From NCBI GenBank assembly GCA_040289575.1, contig PSLL01000005.1, forward strand, positions 21,719-85,718: DNA of 64,000 nt, written 5' to 3'. Positions 20,612-31,048 of this stretch are shown one piece after another. The notes under the pieces were generated by a model. It was not told the origin of the DNA and searched no databases. It saw only the letters and a list, made by a program, of their open reading frames with translations. The DNA is from Candidatus Dadabacteria bacterium. GTDB lineage: Bacteria > Desulfobacterota_D > UBA1144 > Nemesobacterales > CSP1-2. A program made the translations under genes and the position numbers. Positions within the stretch are counted from its first letter, which is position 1. Every line of letters begins with the position of its first letter.

Positions 20612-21307
20612 ATGCAGGCCTCTAGTAATAGAAAGATTTGTGCCTTCTTTGACCTAGATAAGACGCTCCTCAGTGAGACTACGGCGGATATTTATTCAAA
20701 ATATCTCTATAAGAAAGGCCATATAAAACGCTGGGAAATGATTAAGGCATCTTACCTTTATCTCAAATACAGGCTTAATCTCCTGGACGTTGAGACCATG
20801 ATGAAGAGATTCGTGGGTGGAAGAAAGGGAAGGCCCGAATCGGGCATGATTTCATTCTGTGAATCCTGGTTTCAGAGCGCGGTGAAGGATTATATATACC
20901 CACACGCAAAGGAATGGATAGAGAATCACAAGAATATGGGCCATGTAACCGCCGTTCTCTCGGGCTCCATAAAATACACCTGTGAGCCGGTAGCGAGGTT
21001 TCTTGGCATTGACCACTGCCTTTCTACTCAGCTTGAGGTAGTGGACGGGTTTTTCACGGGAAGGATAATTGAACCAATCTGTGTGGGGGAGGGAAAGATA
21101 TACTGGGCAAAGAGGTTTTCAGAAGAAAATGGAATAGATATTGAGAAGAGCTATTTCTATACGGACAGCGCAACTGATATTCCGATGCTCAATATTGTAG
21201 GCAATCCGATTGTTGTAAACCCCGATCCCATTTTAAGGGCTGAGGCTAAAAGGAGGGGGTGGCGGATTATCAAATCTCACTCTTTACAGGTAAAATTAGA
21301 GGAATGA
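20612..21307 (+). CDS. HAD-IB family hydrolase (phosphoserine-phosphatase-like)
   Basis: Motif I FFDLDKTLL and motif IV YTDSATDIPML. Confidence 0.75.
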   Translation: MQASSNRKICAFFDLDKTLLSETTADIYSKYLYKKGHIKRWEMIKASYLYLKYRLNLLDVETMMKRFVGGRKGRPESGMISFCESWFQSAVKDYIYPHAKEWIENHKNMGHVTAVLSGSIKYTCEPVARFLGIDHCLSTQLEVVDGFFTGRIIEPICVGEGKIYWAKRFSEENGIDIEKSYFYTDSATDIPMLNIVGNPIVVNPDPILRAEAKRRGWRIIKSHSLQVKLEE

Positions 21308-22350
21308 GCAAAATTAATTTAAAAGACATGGGTCCGGAGGAATTGGGGGATTTTGTCGTCGGGCTGGGCGAGAAGCCCTACCGTGCGCGCCAGTTGGGAA
21401 GATGGATCTACAAAATGGGAGTGGATTCTTTCGACCAAATGACCGACCTTCCTAAGGATTTCAGGTCAACCCTAAGCAGTGTTGCCATGATTTCATTCCT
21501 AAGACCCTCTGAGGAACGGACTTCTCATGACGGCACGAAGAAGTATCTTTTTGAGCTTAGTGATGGAAACCGTATAGAGAGCGTCCTAATTCCGGATGAT
21601 CGCAGATTTACACTCTGTATCTCTACCCAGGTTGGTTGTGCCCTTGGGTGTACATTTTGCTTGACTGGAAGGGTTGGAAGGATAAGAGATCTGAAGCCGT
21701 CCGAGATATTAGATCAGTTTCTTGAGGTAAATAAACGCAGTTCAAGGTCCATTACAAACATAGTTTTCATGGGAATGGGAGAGCCTCTCGACAATATTGA
21801 GAGCACTGTAAAGGCATTAAAGACACTTACGCACTCCGATTTTATCGGATTTTCTCCTAAAAGGATTACAGTCTCTACATCTGGAATAGTTCCTAAAATC
21901 AGGGAGTTGGGCAAAGCGGTTTCTGTAAACCTCTCCGTCTCGCTTAATGCCCCAAGAGACAATTTGAGGGATGAAATCATGCCAATCAATAGGAGATACC
22001 CCATAAAGGAACTTATTGAGGAGAGTCGAAGATTCCCCGTGCCCAATAGAAAGCTCCTCACGTTTGAGTATGTGCTTCTCAGAGGTGTTAACGACTCTGA
22101 CAACGATGCAAGAGAGCTTGGTGAATTAATAAGGGGCATAAGATGCAAGATAAATATCATTCCATTTAATGAAGCCCCCGGGCTTCCGTACAAATCCCCC
22201 AGCGATGAGAGAGTTCTTGAGTTTCAGAAGGTTTTAATCTCTTACGGTATCAATGTGAGAATAAGAAAGAACCGCGGGCGTGATATTCTGGGGGCGTGCG
22301 GACAGCTTGCAGCGGAGTATCCGCTTAAGAAGTTCGTAAAGGCAGTTTAG
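21304..22350 (+). CDS. rlmN: 23S rRNA/tRNA adenine-C2 methyltransferase RlmN (radical SAM)
   Basis: CxxxCxxC radical SAM motif CALGCTFCLTG plus the conserved RlmN C-terminal region. The start was set at MSKINLKD with a 4-nt overlap onto the previous gene. Confidence 0.85.
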   Translation: MSKINLKDMGPEELGDFVVGLGEKPYRARQLGRWIYKMGVDSFDQMTDLPKDFRSTLSSVAMISFLRPSEERTSHDGTKKYLFELSDGNRIESVLIPDDRRFTLCISTQVGCALGCTFCLTGRVGRIRDLKPSEILDQFLEVNKRSSRSITNIVFMGMGEPLDNIESTVKALKTLTHSDFIGFSPKRITVSTSGIVPKIRELGKAVSVNLSVSLNAPRDNLRDEIMPINRRYPIKELIEESRRFPVPNRKLLTFEYVLLRGVNDSDNDARELGELIRGIRCKINIIPFNEAPGLPYKSPSDERVLEFQKVLISYGINVRIRKNRGRDILGACGQLAAEYPLKKFVKAV

Positions 22351-22423
22351 CCACGAATTGATAAGGATAGTTCTTTATGATTTTATTCTCCGTATTAATT
22401 GGTGGTTAAATAAAAGGAAAACA

Positions 22424-25057
22424 ATGAAAGGCTCGGATATAAGGCGCACATTTCTCAGGTACTTTGAAGAGAGGGGCCATACCATTGTCAAAAGCTCATC
22501 TCTAATACCCAGGAACGACCCCACCCTCCTTTTTACAAACGCGGGGATGGTGCAGTTTAAAGACGTTTTCTTGGGATTGGATAAGCGTCCCTATACAAGG
22601 GCCGCTTCATGTCAAAAATGCGTTCGGGCTGGCGGAAAGCACAACGATCTTGAGAATGTCGGCTATACCGCAAGGCATCATACGTTCTTTGAGATGCTTG
22701 GGAATTTTTCGTTTGGGGATTATTTTAAGCGTGAGGCAATCGGGTTCGGATGGGAGCTCCTTACGGAGATTTTTAAACTCCCTAAAGATAGGCTATGGGT
22801 TACTATATTTAGGGATGACGACGAGGCTTTTGAAATATGGAAGGAGCAAATACATCTTCCCACGGAGCATATTGTTCGGATGGGGGAGAAGGATAACTTC
22901 TGGGCTATGGGCGATACAGGTCCCTGCGGCCCTTGCTCGGAGATAATAATTGATCAGGGTGAGGACTTTGGATGTGGAAGGTCAACATGCGGCGTAGGGT
23001 GCGACTGCGATCGCTATCTTGAGCTCTGGAACCTTGTGTTTATGCAGTTTGAAAGGGATTCTTCGGGGAATCTCACTCCGCTTCCAAAGCCGAGCATTGA
23101 TACGGGTATGGGTCTTGAGAGAATCGCTGCGGTACTCCAGGGGGTAAAGAGCAATTATGAAACAGACCTCATTCACGGGATTATATCTAGGGTTGAGGAA
23201 ATATCGGGAAAATCATATGGAGAAGATCAATCATCCGATGTTTCAATGAGGGTGATTGCCGACCATGCCCGCGCCGTGACCTTTTTAATCTCAGACGGTG
23301 TGCTTCCCTCAAACGAAGGCAGAGGATATGTGCTGAGAAGAATCTTGAGGCGTGCGGTTCGACATGCAAGTATGATTGGAATTAAAGAGCCGTGTCTTTT
23401 TGGTCTTGCCTATCAAGTAAAAGAGATAATGCACAGCGCATATCCCGAGATTGAAGAGAGACTGGGCCTTGTGATGGAGGTAGTAAGAAATGAAGAAGAG
23501 AGGTTCTTCCAAACGATAGATAGAGGGCTTGAACTCTTAAACCTTGAGATTGAGAAACATCGGGACGAAAAGTCTCTGCCCGGTGATGTCGTATTTAAAC
23601 TCTATGATACATACGGTTTCCCCGTAGATTTAACTCAGGATATAGCCAGAGAAGGTGGTCTGGAGGTGGATTATGCCGGGTTTGAAGAAGAGATGGAGAA
23701 GCAGAGGGAGAGATCGAGGCTTGCCTGGAGGGGTTCAGGAGAGGAGGAATTGGTACCCCTCTATAAGGAGTTTGTCTCAGGCGGAGTTATTGTCAATTTT
23801 ACGGGATATGACAGAACTAGAGATACCGGGAGAATCACTGCCATAATAAAGGACGGAAGGCTCGTTGATAGCGCGGTCGCAGGTGACAGAGTGGAGTTAA
23901 TAACCGATAGAACCCCATTCTACGGCGAATCGGGGGGACAGGTGGGGGATAGAGGGGTTATAGAGGGCGAGTGGGGAAAGGCTCAAGTGGTGGATACGAA
24001 AAAGCCCATTCTTAATCTCATAGTCCATCACGCGGTTGTGGATAAGGGAACCCTTTGGGTAGGCGATAGGGTAGATATGCAGGTAGATGAGCGATTTAGA
24101 TACGGTGCAAGGACACACCATACAACAACCCATATGCTTCATGCAGTCTTGAGGGAGGTGCTTGGAAATCACGTAAGGCAGGCAGGCTCCCTTGTTGTGC
24201 CGGAGAGATTGAGATTTGATTTCACTCATTACTCATCAATTGATGACAAGACCATACACAGGATAGAAGACATTATAAACACCAGAGTGAGATGGGATGA
24301 CAGGGTAATAACACAGGCAGACGTTCCGTATGGCGAGGCGATAAAGAGCGGGGCTATGGCTATATTTGAGGAAAAGTATGGGGATAAGGTCAGAGTTGTA
24401 AGTATAGGTGATTACAGTAAGGAACTCTGTGGGGGAACCCATCTTCACACAACGGGAGAGATCGGGCTTTTTAGAATCGTGTCTGAAACGGCTTCATCCG
24501 CGGGGGTAAGGAGGATCGAAGCCCTTGCGGGAGAATCAGCATGGAGGTTTATAAGAAAGCAGGAAGAGCTTCTTACTCAGGCCTCTGATGTTCTCAGGGT
24601 TCCTCAGTCTGACCTGATCACTAAATTAAAGAAGATGGTTGAGGAGAATGAGAGGGTAAAGAAGGAGCTAGAATCACTTAAAGTCAAGGCGATGGGTGAG
24701 AAGGCAAAAACCCTCCTCAATAATATAAAAGAGGTCAAGGGCGTGAGGATTCTGTCTGAGGAGATTTCAGGAGTCAGCCCTGATGAACTCAGAAGGATGT
24801 GGGATGACATTAGGGAAAAGATCGGCTCAGGGCTTGCAGTTCTGGGAAGCCGAACCGATGGCAGGGCTTATCTCCTAGTCGGCGTTACAAAGGATTTGAT
24901 TAAGAGGTTTCATGCTGGAAAGATTATAAAGGAGCTTGCTATACTCATTGAGGGGGGCGGTGGCGGAAAACCCGATATGGCTCAGGCTGGCGGAAATAGG
25001 CCTGAGAAATTGGATGAGGCGTTGAGGAAGGTATTTGAGATTGTAGACAGGGCTTAG
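22424..25057 (+). CDS. alaS: Alanine--tRNA ligase
   Basis: 878 aa. Class II core (FTNAGMVQFK, RAGGKHNDLENVG), an editing domain with HxxxH...CGGTH, and a C-terminal DHHA1 domain. The start was set at MKGSDIRRTFL. Confidence 0.95.
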   Translation: MKGSDIRRTFLRYFEERGHTIVKSSSLIPRNDPTLLFTNAGMVQFKDVFLGLDKRPYTRAASCQKCVRAGGKHNDLENVGYTARHHTFFEMLGNFSFGDYFKREAIGFGWELLTEIFKLPKDRLWVTIFRDDDEAFEIWKEQIHLPTEHIVRMGEKDNFWAMGDTGPCGPCSEIIIDQGEDFGCGRSTCGVGCDCDRYLELWNLVFMQFERDSSGNLTPLPKPSIDTGMGLERIAAVLQGVKSNYETDLIHGIISRVEEISGKSYGEDQSSDVSMRVIADHARAVTFLISDGVLPSNEGRGYVLRRILRRAVRHASMIGIKEPCLFGLAYQVKEIMHSAYPEIEERLGLVMEVVRNEEERFFQTIDRGLELLNLEIEKHRDEKSLPGDVVFKLYDTYGFPVDLTQDIAREGGLEVDYAGFEEEMEKQRERSRLAWRGSGEEELVPLYKEFVSGGVIVNFTGYDRTRDTGRITAIIKDGRLVDSAVAGDRVELITDRTPFYGESGGQVGDRGVIEGEWGKAQVVDTKKPILNLIVHHAVVDKGTLWVGDRVDMQVDERFRYGARTHHTTTHMLHAVLREVLGNHVRQAGSLVVPERLRFDFTHYSSIDDKTIHRIEDIINTRVRWDDRVITQADVPYGEAIKSGAMAIFEEKYGDKVRVVSIGDYSKELCGGTHLHTTGEIGLFRIVSETASSAGVRRIEALAGESAWRFIRKQEELLTQASDVLRVPQSDLITKLKKMVEENERVKKELESLKVKAMGEKAKTLLNNIKEVKGVRILSEEISGVSPDELRRMWDDIREKIGSGLAVLGSRTDGRAYLLVGVTKDLIKRFHAGKIIKELAILIEGGGGGKPDMAQAGGNRPEKLDEALRKVFEIVDRA

Positions 25058-25158
25058 ATTGTAATCTGGATTTCCATTGGCACTTTTACTATGTTTCACT
25101 ATGATATATTACAACCCTTGACATATACTCAATTTTCGTGATTGATTATTAACCTGAA

Positions 25159-25704
25159 ATGGCTATCAAGAGAATAGAGTCCGCAGATTCTTCTACATAC
25201 ATCGAATTAATTAAAGAAAGGGGTCCGCTTACGATATGGGAGATGTCTGTGATAGCGGAGACCGATATTTTCCGGGTACAGGAAAAGCTCGACCCTCTAA
25301 TTAAAGAGGGAAAGATTGTTTCATTTGAAGAGGGAGGAAGGATATATTATGGGATTGCGGGTGAAGAAAACGGCCAAAAGAAGAACAGATTGTTTTTCTT
25401 AAGCCTTTTTAATAGAAGAATCGAGTTTGAATCGATACCCAAAAGGACGGCTATGAAGGAGATTCTTGCGTCAAGAAATAACTATAAAAAGCTCATTCAA
25501 GAGGCTTATGTTCTTACCCTTCCCCACTCCAACCCCTACACTGAAGAGGAGAGAATAAAGATAAACCTATGGGTGGAGAGGGATCTAAAGAAGCTGCAGA
25601 CACTTGATGAAAAAAAACTCTTCCTTGCGGATTTTATATATGAGAAATCTATAGGCAAGAAAAAGGATTATTTTAAAAGGAGAAAACTACTTGGGGAATC
25701 ATAA
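25159..25704 (+). CDS. Hypothetical protein
   Basis: Clean 181-aa ORF with normal local codon usage and no recognizable motifs. Confidence 0.45.
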   Translation: MAIKRIESADSSTYIELIKERGPLTIWEMSVIAETDIFRVQEKLDPLIKEGKIVSFEEGGRIYYGIAGEENGQKKNRLFFLSLFNRRIEFESIPKRTAMKEILASRNNYKKLIQEAYVLTLPHSNPYTEEERIKINLWVERDLKKLQTLDEKKLFLADFIYEKSIGKKKDYFKRRKLLGES

Positions 25705-25737
25705 TTAATTGTATGGGTACGGCATGCTGTGCTAGTA

Positions 25738-26346
25738 CTACAATTCCAGAGCCTTATAACTCGGCCTTGATTTAATTCTCTCTACCCAATTCCTTACATT
25801 CTTGAGTTCTGAATCTATTTCTATTCCGAGCGAATCAAAGAGGGCAATCCTCGGTGTGAAGGCTATATCTGCAAGGCTGTATGAGACTGATAGGTATTCA
25901 TGTCCCTCTAACTCTTGGTCTAATCGTATGAGATATTCTTTAATCTCATTTTTACTCCTTTCTATTAACTCCATATTGCGCTCGCTTTCATGTCTAAATG
26001 TCATTTCCCTGTAGATGTTAAACCAAGGATTATGGAAATGGGACTCACAGAAATCTACCCAAATCCGAACCTCAGCCCTGCCCGCAGGATCGGAGGGCAT
26101 AAGTGGAGGGGTTGGATATTTTTCATCGAGATACTCGTTAATCACAGATGATTCATAAATCACGGTGTCATTGTCAATGAGAACCGGCACCTTACTGTAG
26201 GGGTTCAGTCTTAAAAACTCCTCCTTCTTCTGCTCCTTTTTTCTCAGGTCAACAAAGACCCTTTCGTATTTAATACCCTTTTCGTCAAGAGCAACCCTTA
26301 CCTTACGACAAAACGGACATGAGGGATAATCATACAGCCTTATCAT
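25738..26346 (-). CDS. Glutathione S-transferase family protein with a glutaredoxin-like N-terminus
   Basis: N-terminal thioredoxin-fold with CPFC and the SSVINEYL motif. The 202-aa length is typical of GSTs. Confidence 0.7.
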   Translation of the reverse strand: MIRLYDYPSCPFCRKVRVALDEKGIKYERVFVDLRKKEQKKEEFLRLNPYSKVPVLIDNDTVIYESSVINEYLDEKYPTPPLMPSDPAGRAEVRIWVDFCESHFHNPWFNIYREMTFRHESERNMELIERSKNEIKEYLIRLDQELEGHEYLSVSYSLADIAFTPRIALFDSLGIEIDSELKNVRNWVERIKSRPSYKALEL

Positions 26347-26664
26347 GGTGCACCTCTCACAATTATTTTAACACTTCCTCTGAAATATGCTATTGAAGAT
26401 AGGCTTGTCTTAGTAGAGGTCATCTCAAAAATCCGTATGGGATTCTGGTCATTATGAGCACATTCGTATCACTCAGTACAGGCTTCGCGAAGAATCTCTT
26501 TTGTTTTTTAAGATTCTTCAATCACTTCGTCCTCTCAGAATGACACAATGGTATTTTTGATATGAGTTCTAGATTGATAATGGTGGCGTTAATGTGGAGC
26601 ATTTCAAGATTGAAATGGTATAATTTAATTTCTCTAAAATACAAGAAAAGAGGGGAAAATACAA

Positions 26665-27609
26665 GTGGAATTAAATTTATCCTTAGAAAAACTTATAAAA
26701 AAATCCAGAAGGGCGATACTCATTGGTATTGGTGGTGGGGGTGACATCGTAGGGACAATTCCTACGGCAAGGCTGCTCGGCATGTTCAATATCGAGTGTA
26801 TACTCGGCGGTCTTCCCTGGGAGAGGTCTGTTTATGACCCTATCCCCGGTCCCCGGATTTTAGATGAGATTAGAAATTTAAGGCTCTTAAACGACACTGT
26901 CTGGTTTGCAAATAAAGATACTGTGACAATGACAGGTGTGAGGTTTGCAGAGACCCAAATAGCCGAGATATACGGAATAGAAACGCTTCTGGTTGATATA
27001 ACAAGGGGCGTAAAAGGCGTAATCGAAGGGCTGCATAAGGCTATGGAAGCCCTGGGGGCCGACCTCTTAATAGGAATAGATGTGGGAGGGGACTCACTTG
27101 CATTCGGGGATGAAAAGGGGCTTGCAAGCCCTCTTGCCGATTCTATCATGATAGCCTCCCTTGCCGAGCTTGAAAGGGAATTTAACACTGTCATCGGGGT
27201 CTTTGGATATGGGAGCGATGGGGAGTTGAGCACACAGGAATTGGAGATGTCCCTTAGCGTTGTTGCAAAGGATGGTGGACTTCTCGGGGCTTGGGGAATT
27301 ACGCCAGAGATTCTCAGAGAGCTTGAGGCGGTCATCTCGAAGGTTGGGACGGAGGCAAGCAGGATCCCAGTTGAATGTGCAAAAGGGGCAATCGGAGAGA
27401 CAACTATACGTGGTGGTACAAGAAAGGTGATTCTATCTCCTATGTCCACTCTGACATTTTATCTCTCTCCGAGGGTTGTATATGAAAAGATTTCAAAACC
27501 GGCAAGGGTTGTTTCAAACTCTAAATCATTGGATGAGGCAAACGAAGCCCTGCATTCAATCGGGCTTTTTACGGAATTAGACTTGGAGAGAAGGAGATAC
27601 AAAAAATAA
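26665..27609 (+). CDS. DUF1152-like protein with a Gly-rich loop (IGIGGGGD)
   Basis: 314 aa. N-terminal ILIGIGGGGDIVG and a second GIDVGGDSLA motif. The layout resembles the DUF1152 family. Confidence 0.55.
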   Translation: MELNLSLEKLIKKSRRAILIGIGGGGDIVGTIPTARLLGMFNIECILGGLPWERSVYDPIPGPRILDEIRNLRLLNDTVWFANKDTVTMTGVRFAETQIAEIYGIETLLVDITRGVKGVIEGLHKAMEALGADLLIGIDVGGDSLAFGDEKGLASPLADSIMIASLAELEREFNTVIGVFGYGSDGELSTQELEMSLSVVAKDGGLLGAWGITPEILRELEAVISKVGTEASRIPVECAKGAIGETTIRGGTRKVILSPMSTLTFYLSPRVVYEKISKPARVVSNSKSLDEANEALHSIGLFTELDLERRRYKK

Positions 27610-27834
27610 ATCGAGATTCTTTATAGAACTCATTTCAAAACTAACTATGATTTATGTTAGAGTTTCTTCTATCTCTCGTTCCTGTCCACTATTTTAGTGT
27701 TCGCTTTCTTGCTCAGGGCTCTAATCCTATGCTATACTGGCTTTAGAAGGATACTAAAGGGTTAGACCACTCTCTGTTGATTCTTAGACAAGTAGTTGTA
27801 TAGAACTACTGCGGAGTGCAAACCTAAAGGAGAG

Positions 27835-28428
27835 ATGGCCAAGCTGTTCAATAATATATCCAAATTTTCTAAAGAGGAGCAGGATTGGGCTATGCTCATA
27901 TCACAAATAGCTCAAGGTAATGAATCCGCTCTTGGAATGCTTTATGATCACACGAGCCGTTTAATCTACAGACTAGCACTGAGGATATTGATGGATATAT
28001 CTGCCGCTGAGGAGACAACGATTGAGGTCTACACTCAGGTCTGGCGTAAAGCGGCGGATTATGATCCGAGTCGTAGTACGCCCTCGGCATGGCTCATTAT
28101 GCTCACACGCAGCCGCGCGATTGACCGACTGCGCTCAAATACACAGCGCTCTAAGATGGAGGAGACGGTTAAGGTTGATACGCCGGCCTCTACGGCTGAC
28201 CCTGAAGAGGCTGTTCTGGTGATTGAGCGACGGGAGCTGATTCAAAATGCCATGTCAAAACTTACCCTCCAGCAGCGTAAGGTAATTGAGCTTGCGTACT
28301 TCTCCGGGCTTAGCCAGAGTGAGATTGCTGCCCAACTGCGTCAACCCGTTGGAACGGTTAAGAGCTGGATCCGTTTGGGTATGATGAAACTACGCGACCT
28401 CCTTAGTTCGCTTAAAGAAGAGGTTTAG
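27835..28428 (+). CDS. ECF-type RNA polymerase sigma-70 factor
   Basis: Region 2 (YTQVWRKAADYDPSRSTPSAWL...SRAIDRLR) and region 4 HTH (LSQSEIAAQLRQPVGTVKSWIRLGMMKLR). AAGGAG lies upstream of MAKLFN. Confidence 0.8.
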   Translation: MAKLFNNISKFSKEEQDWAMLISQIAQGNESALGMLYDHTSRLIYRLALRILMDISAAEETTIEVYTQVWRKAADYDPSRSTPSAWLIMLTRSRAIDRLRSNTQRSKMEETVKVDTPASTADPEEAVLVIERRELIQNAMSKLTLQQRKVIELAYFSGLSQSEIAAQLRQPVGTVKSWIRLGMMKLRDLLSSLKEEV

Positions 28429-28459
28429 TAAAAGACGGATTGGGGAAGGATAAAATCTT

Positions 28460-29374
28460 ATGAGAGATATAAAAAAGATAATATGGGCTACAGATGGTTC
28501 GAAGGAATCTAATGAGGCGCTAAATTATGCGAGATTTCTCGCTCAAAAATTTGGCTCTAAAATAATAGGTGTCCATGTAGTCGAGATGCCTGAAAAGCAA
28601 ATATACGATTACCTTAATGATCCTGAGAGTGAACTCTACTACAGGTGGATGGAAAAAGCCGAAGAGAGCTATAAGGTAAATTTAGCCTCTATAAGAGATG
28701 AGATGTTTAACCAAGGTATTAATTTTGAAGGAGTAGTCTTAAAGGGAGAGCCAAATAGGAAGATCGTTGAATTTACCCGTAGCGAAGAAGCCGACCTTAT
28801 AGTTATGGGAAGGCGAGGGCTTGGACTAATAGACAGGATACTGATTGGGAGCAGTACTCTTAAGGTCTTAAGGGAATCCAGCGTGCCAGTCCTTGCAGTT
28901 GGGAAAAGGGATAAAGGGGAAGCATTAGACATACGCACTATCCTTGTTCCACTAGAGATATATGAACGGGCGGATTCTGCCCTCAGCTATGCAATGGATT
29001 TAGCGGAGAGGATAAACGCCGCCATATCGGTTTTATATATCTTTATGTATGCCTATAGCTACAATGACTACGAAATTCCCCCTCGTGTGGTAGAGGGCTT
29101 AATGAGGCTCTCTTCTGATAAACTTAAAGAAATGGTTGAGAGTATGAAACTCAAGCGTAGAATTCGCAATAAGGAGGCCGCCGAATTAGAGATTAACACG
29201 GAGGTAATTCATGGGATAAGCCCCTCAGTTGCGATAATTGATTATGCATCCAGTAAGGGGATTGACTTAATAGTGATGAATACCCATGGAAGAAGGGGTA
29301 TAAAGAGGTTTATATTAGGGAGTGTGACGGAGAAAGTCATTCAAGAGTCTCCATGTGCGGTTATAAACTATTAA
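28460..29374 (+). CDS. Universal stress protein with tandem UspA domains
   Basis: Two UspA-like halves, each with a (V/I)HV...G..G...GSV/T pattern (ILIGSSTLKVL and ILGSVTEKVI). Confidence 0.8.
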   Translation: MRDIKKIIWATDGSKESNEALNYARFLAQKFGSKIIGVHVVEMPEKQIYDYLNDPESELYYRWMEKAEESYKVNLASIRDEMFNQGINFEGVVLKGEPNRKIVEFTRSEEADLIVMGRRGLGLIDRILIGSSTLKVLRESSVPVLAVGKRDKGEALDIRTILVPLEIYERADSALSYAMDLAERINAAISVLYIFMYAYSYNDYEIPPRVVEGLMRLSSDKLKEMVESMKLKRRIRNKEAAELEINTEVIHGISPSVAIIDYASSKGIDLIVMNTHGRRGIKRFILGSVTEKVIQESPCAVINY

Positions 29375-29775
29375 TTCATGCCCAGCACATACAAGGTTGC
29401 GTGCCATCGGCTGACCAAGCCCTGTAAATCCCGCTTTCGTATCTTTTCCTCCTATTGAGATTCTATTATTATGTGCTTTGCTATTGTAAGCGCAGTTAAA
29501 TAGCCTACCTACTATTTACCTTTGCTAAATATATTTTTAAAATTGTCACACAAAGATTAGTCCCTTTCAATCAAAATTGTTCCTGTTTCTTTTAATTGTC
29601 CATTTCCGAAAAGGAATAAGTGGAGTTCGGATATAAAAGTTCAACGCTTGACGATGGCTCTAAGGCTCAGATAAACTTCTTTCCCGTATGTCTCTGGGAT
29701 TAGGGTAAGGCAATAGTTAGGCAATTTATGGCAGTATCTAATTTGAGGTTGTAATCCATTTAAATCATTAGGCTT

Positions 29776-29850
29776 GCCGACGTAGCTCAGGGGTAGAGCA
29801 GCGCACTCGTAATGCGCAGGTCAAGGGTTCAAATCCCTTCGTCGGCTCCA
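29776..29850 (+). tRNA. tRNA-Thr(CGU)
   Basis: Manual cloverleaf: acceptor GCCGACG/CGUCGGC, D-arm GCUC...GAGC, anticodon loop CUCGUAA, T-loop GGTTCAAATCC. CCA is encoded. Confidence 0.9.
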
Positions 29851-29931
29851 ATGATTTCAGAAACTTACAAACTAATCAATATATTCTTTATACCTACATC
29901 TACCCATTATCTATCTACAATAACTACATTA

Positions 29932-29981
29932 TTGTCATTGCGACGCCACTACGTCTTGACATTGAGGCGTCGCAATGACAA
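29932..29981. repeat. Perfect 16-bp-arm palindrome (TTGTCATTGCGACGCC...GGCGTCGCAATGACAA), a member of the GTCATTGCGA element family
   Basis: Read directly from the sequence. The arms are exact reverse complements around an 18-nt loop. Confidence 0.8.
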
Positions 29982-30811
29982 AAGAGGTTAATCGTGTTAT
30001 TTAATGTTCCTTTACTTTTGCTATCCCATATCATATTTATCTCTTGTTCCTTTTATATGCTTAGTTTCCCAGTGACCAGCGTTATTTCTACACTTACTGA
30101 AATTACGCATTGGCAAAAAAGTCATTGATGAGAGGGAGATGGTCAGGTAAAGGTTGGCGAAATAACTCACACTTTGAGCAACCGAAATGTCTCTTCTATC
30201 TGCCGCCGGACTCTATAGTGGTTCTTTATCTCGGCTCTGCTCAACTCAAGGTTGTTGCTTGTCCAGTAAAATCTGCCATTAGTTGCAGCTTCAATCAGAG
30301 GTTCTTTTGCAAGCTCTACCTTTGATGATCCACCCTTAGGCTATATTCTTATTGCAATGGGCACTTTCCAGTTCCCATCAGTCCAGATAAGTAATACTAC
30401 TTGCATACCCAGCAATACTTTACTCACACTCCCACACCAAACTAGACTCACCCCTTTAGCCTTCTTGCCCATCTCTGCCATGATGTGTCGTCGAGCACAA
30501 GATAGCCGTCTGAACTAATCAAACGAGATGCAAAGACTTCGCACAGCCGTCTTGACCAGGAAAGTCCGGATATAAGCAGGCGGCCCAAAGTGTCGCGTGG
30601 GACACTCAAGGACAAAGAGCCGAGAGTGATAAGCAAGTAGTTTGTGTATTGCGGTAAATAAGTCCTATCAGGTATGCTTGAACCGCAGGGGTTAGTAGAA
30701 GCTAAATGTCCTCCATAATACAAACATTGGGATCTAAGGTAGCGATAAAAGAGGGAGGGTAGTTAGGGAACCACTTAGATTACTTACGACCCCTGCATAA
30801 TCTCAGCAGTT

Positions 30812-30940
30812 ATGTATGAAGAAAACGTTCGTCATCTTCCCGTGATGGATGGAAGAAAATTGGTAGGTATTATTTCCCTAAGAGATCTATTCAAGGTTAT
30901 TTTCCGAGGAGCGGAGGGTTATCAAGAAGAAGTGATTTAA
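30812..30940 (+). pseudogene. C-terminal fragment of a CBS-domain protein (gene remnant)
   Basis: The 42-aa ORF MYEENVRHLPVMDGRKLVGIISLRDLFKV... matches a CBS-domain core. There is no upstream coding continuation. Confidence 0.4.
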
Positions 30941-31048
30941 ATCTAAGACACTTAAAGGCAAGAGGGAGCACTCATCGAGATAATTTCTGTTAATCTAGAT
31001 AGTTGTTCGTGATAGCTAAGGAGCAATTCTCATTTCTTTTCTCCCCTC

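Noticed and set aside
21259-21303. rlmN start at 21259 with a 49-nt overlap onto the HAD gene
   Set aside because: RlmN homology starts at MSKINLKD (21304). The 4-nt overlap model is more typical.
22358-22423. Upstream extension of alaS (MIRIVLYDF...)
   Set aside because: AlaS homology begins at MKGSDIRRTFL (22424), where AAAGGAAAA lies upstream. The extension is AT-rich leader.
30110-30723. ORFs 30110..30325 (+) and 30448..30723 (-) in the tRNA-Thr-proximal region
   Set aside because: No start-site signals, odd composition and no motif content. They lie in a region better explained as decayed or non-coding.
30480-30790. Calling this segment a bona fide RNase P RNA (rnpB) gene
   Set aside because: The P4 5' strand GGAAAGUCCGG is present, but I could not find the obligatory complementary 3' P4 strand (CCGGCUU-like), the P10/P11/P12 conserved blocks or a GGUAAGAGCGCACC-like block. 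It is kept as a finding for covariance-model testing rather than as a feature.
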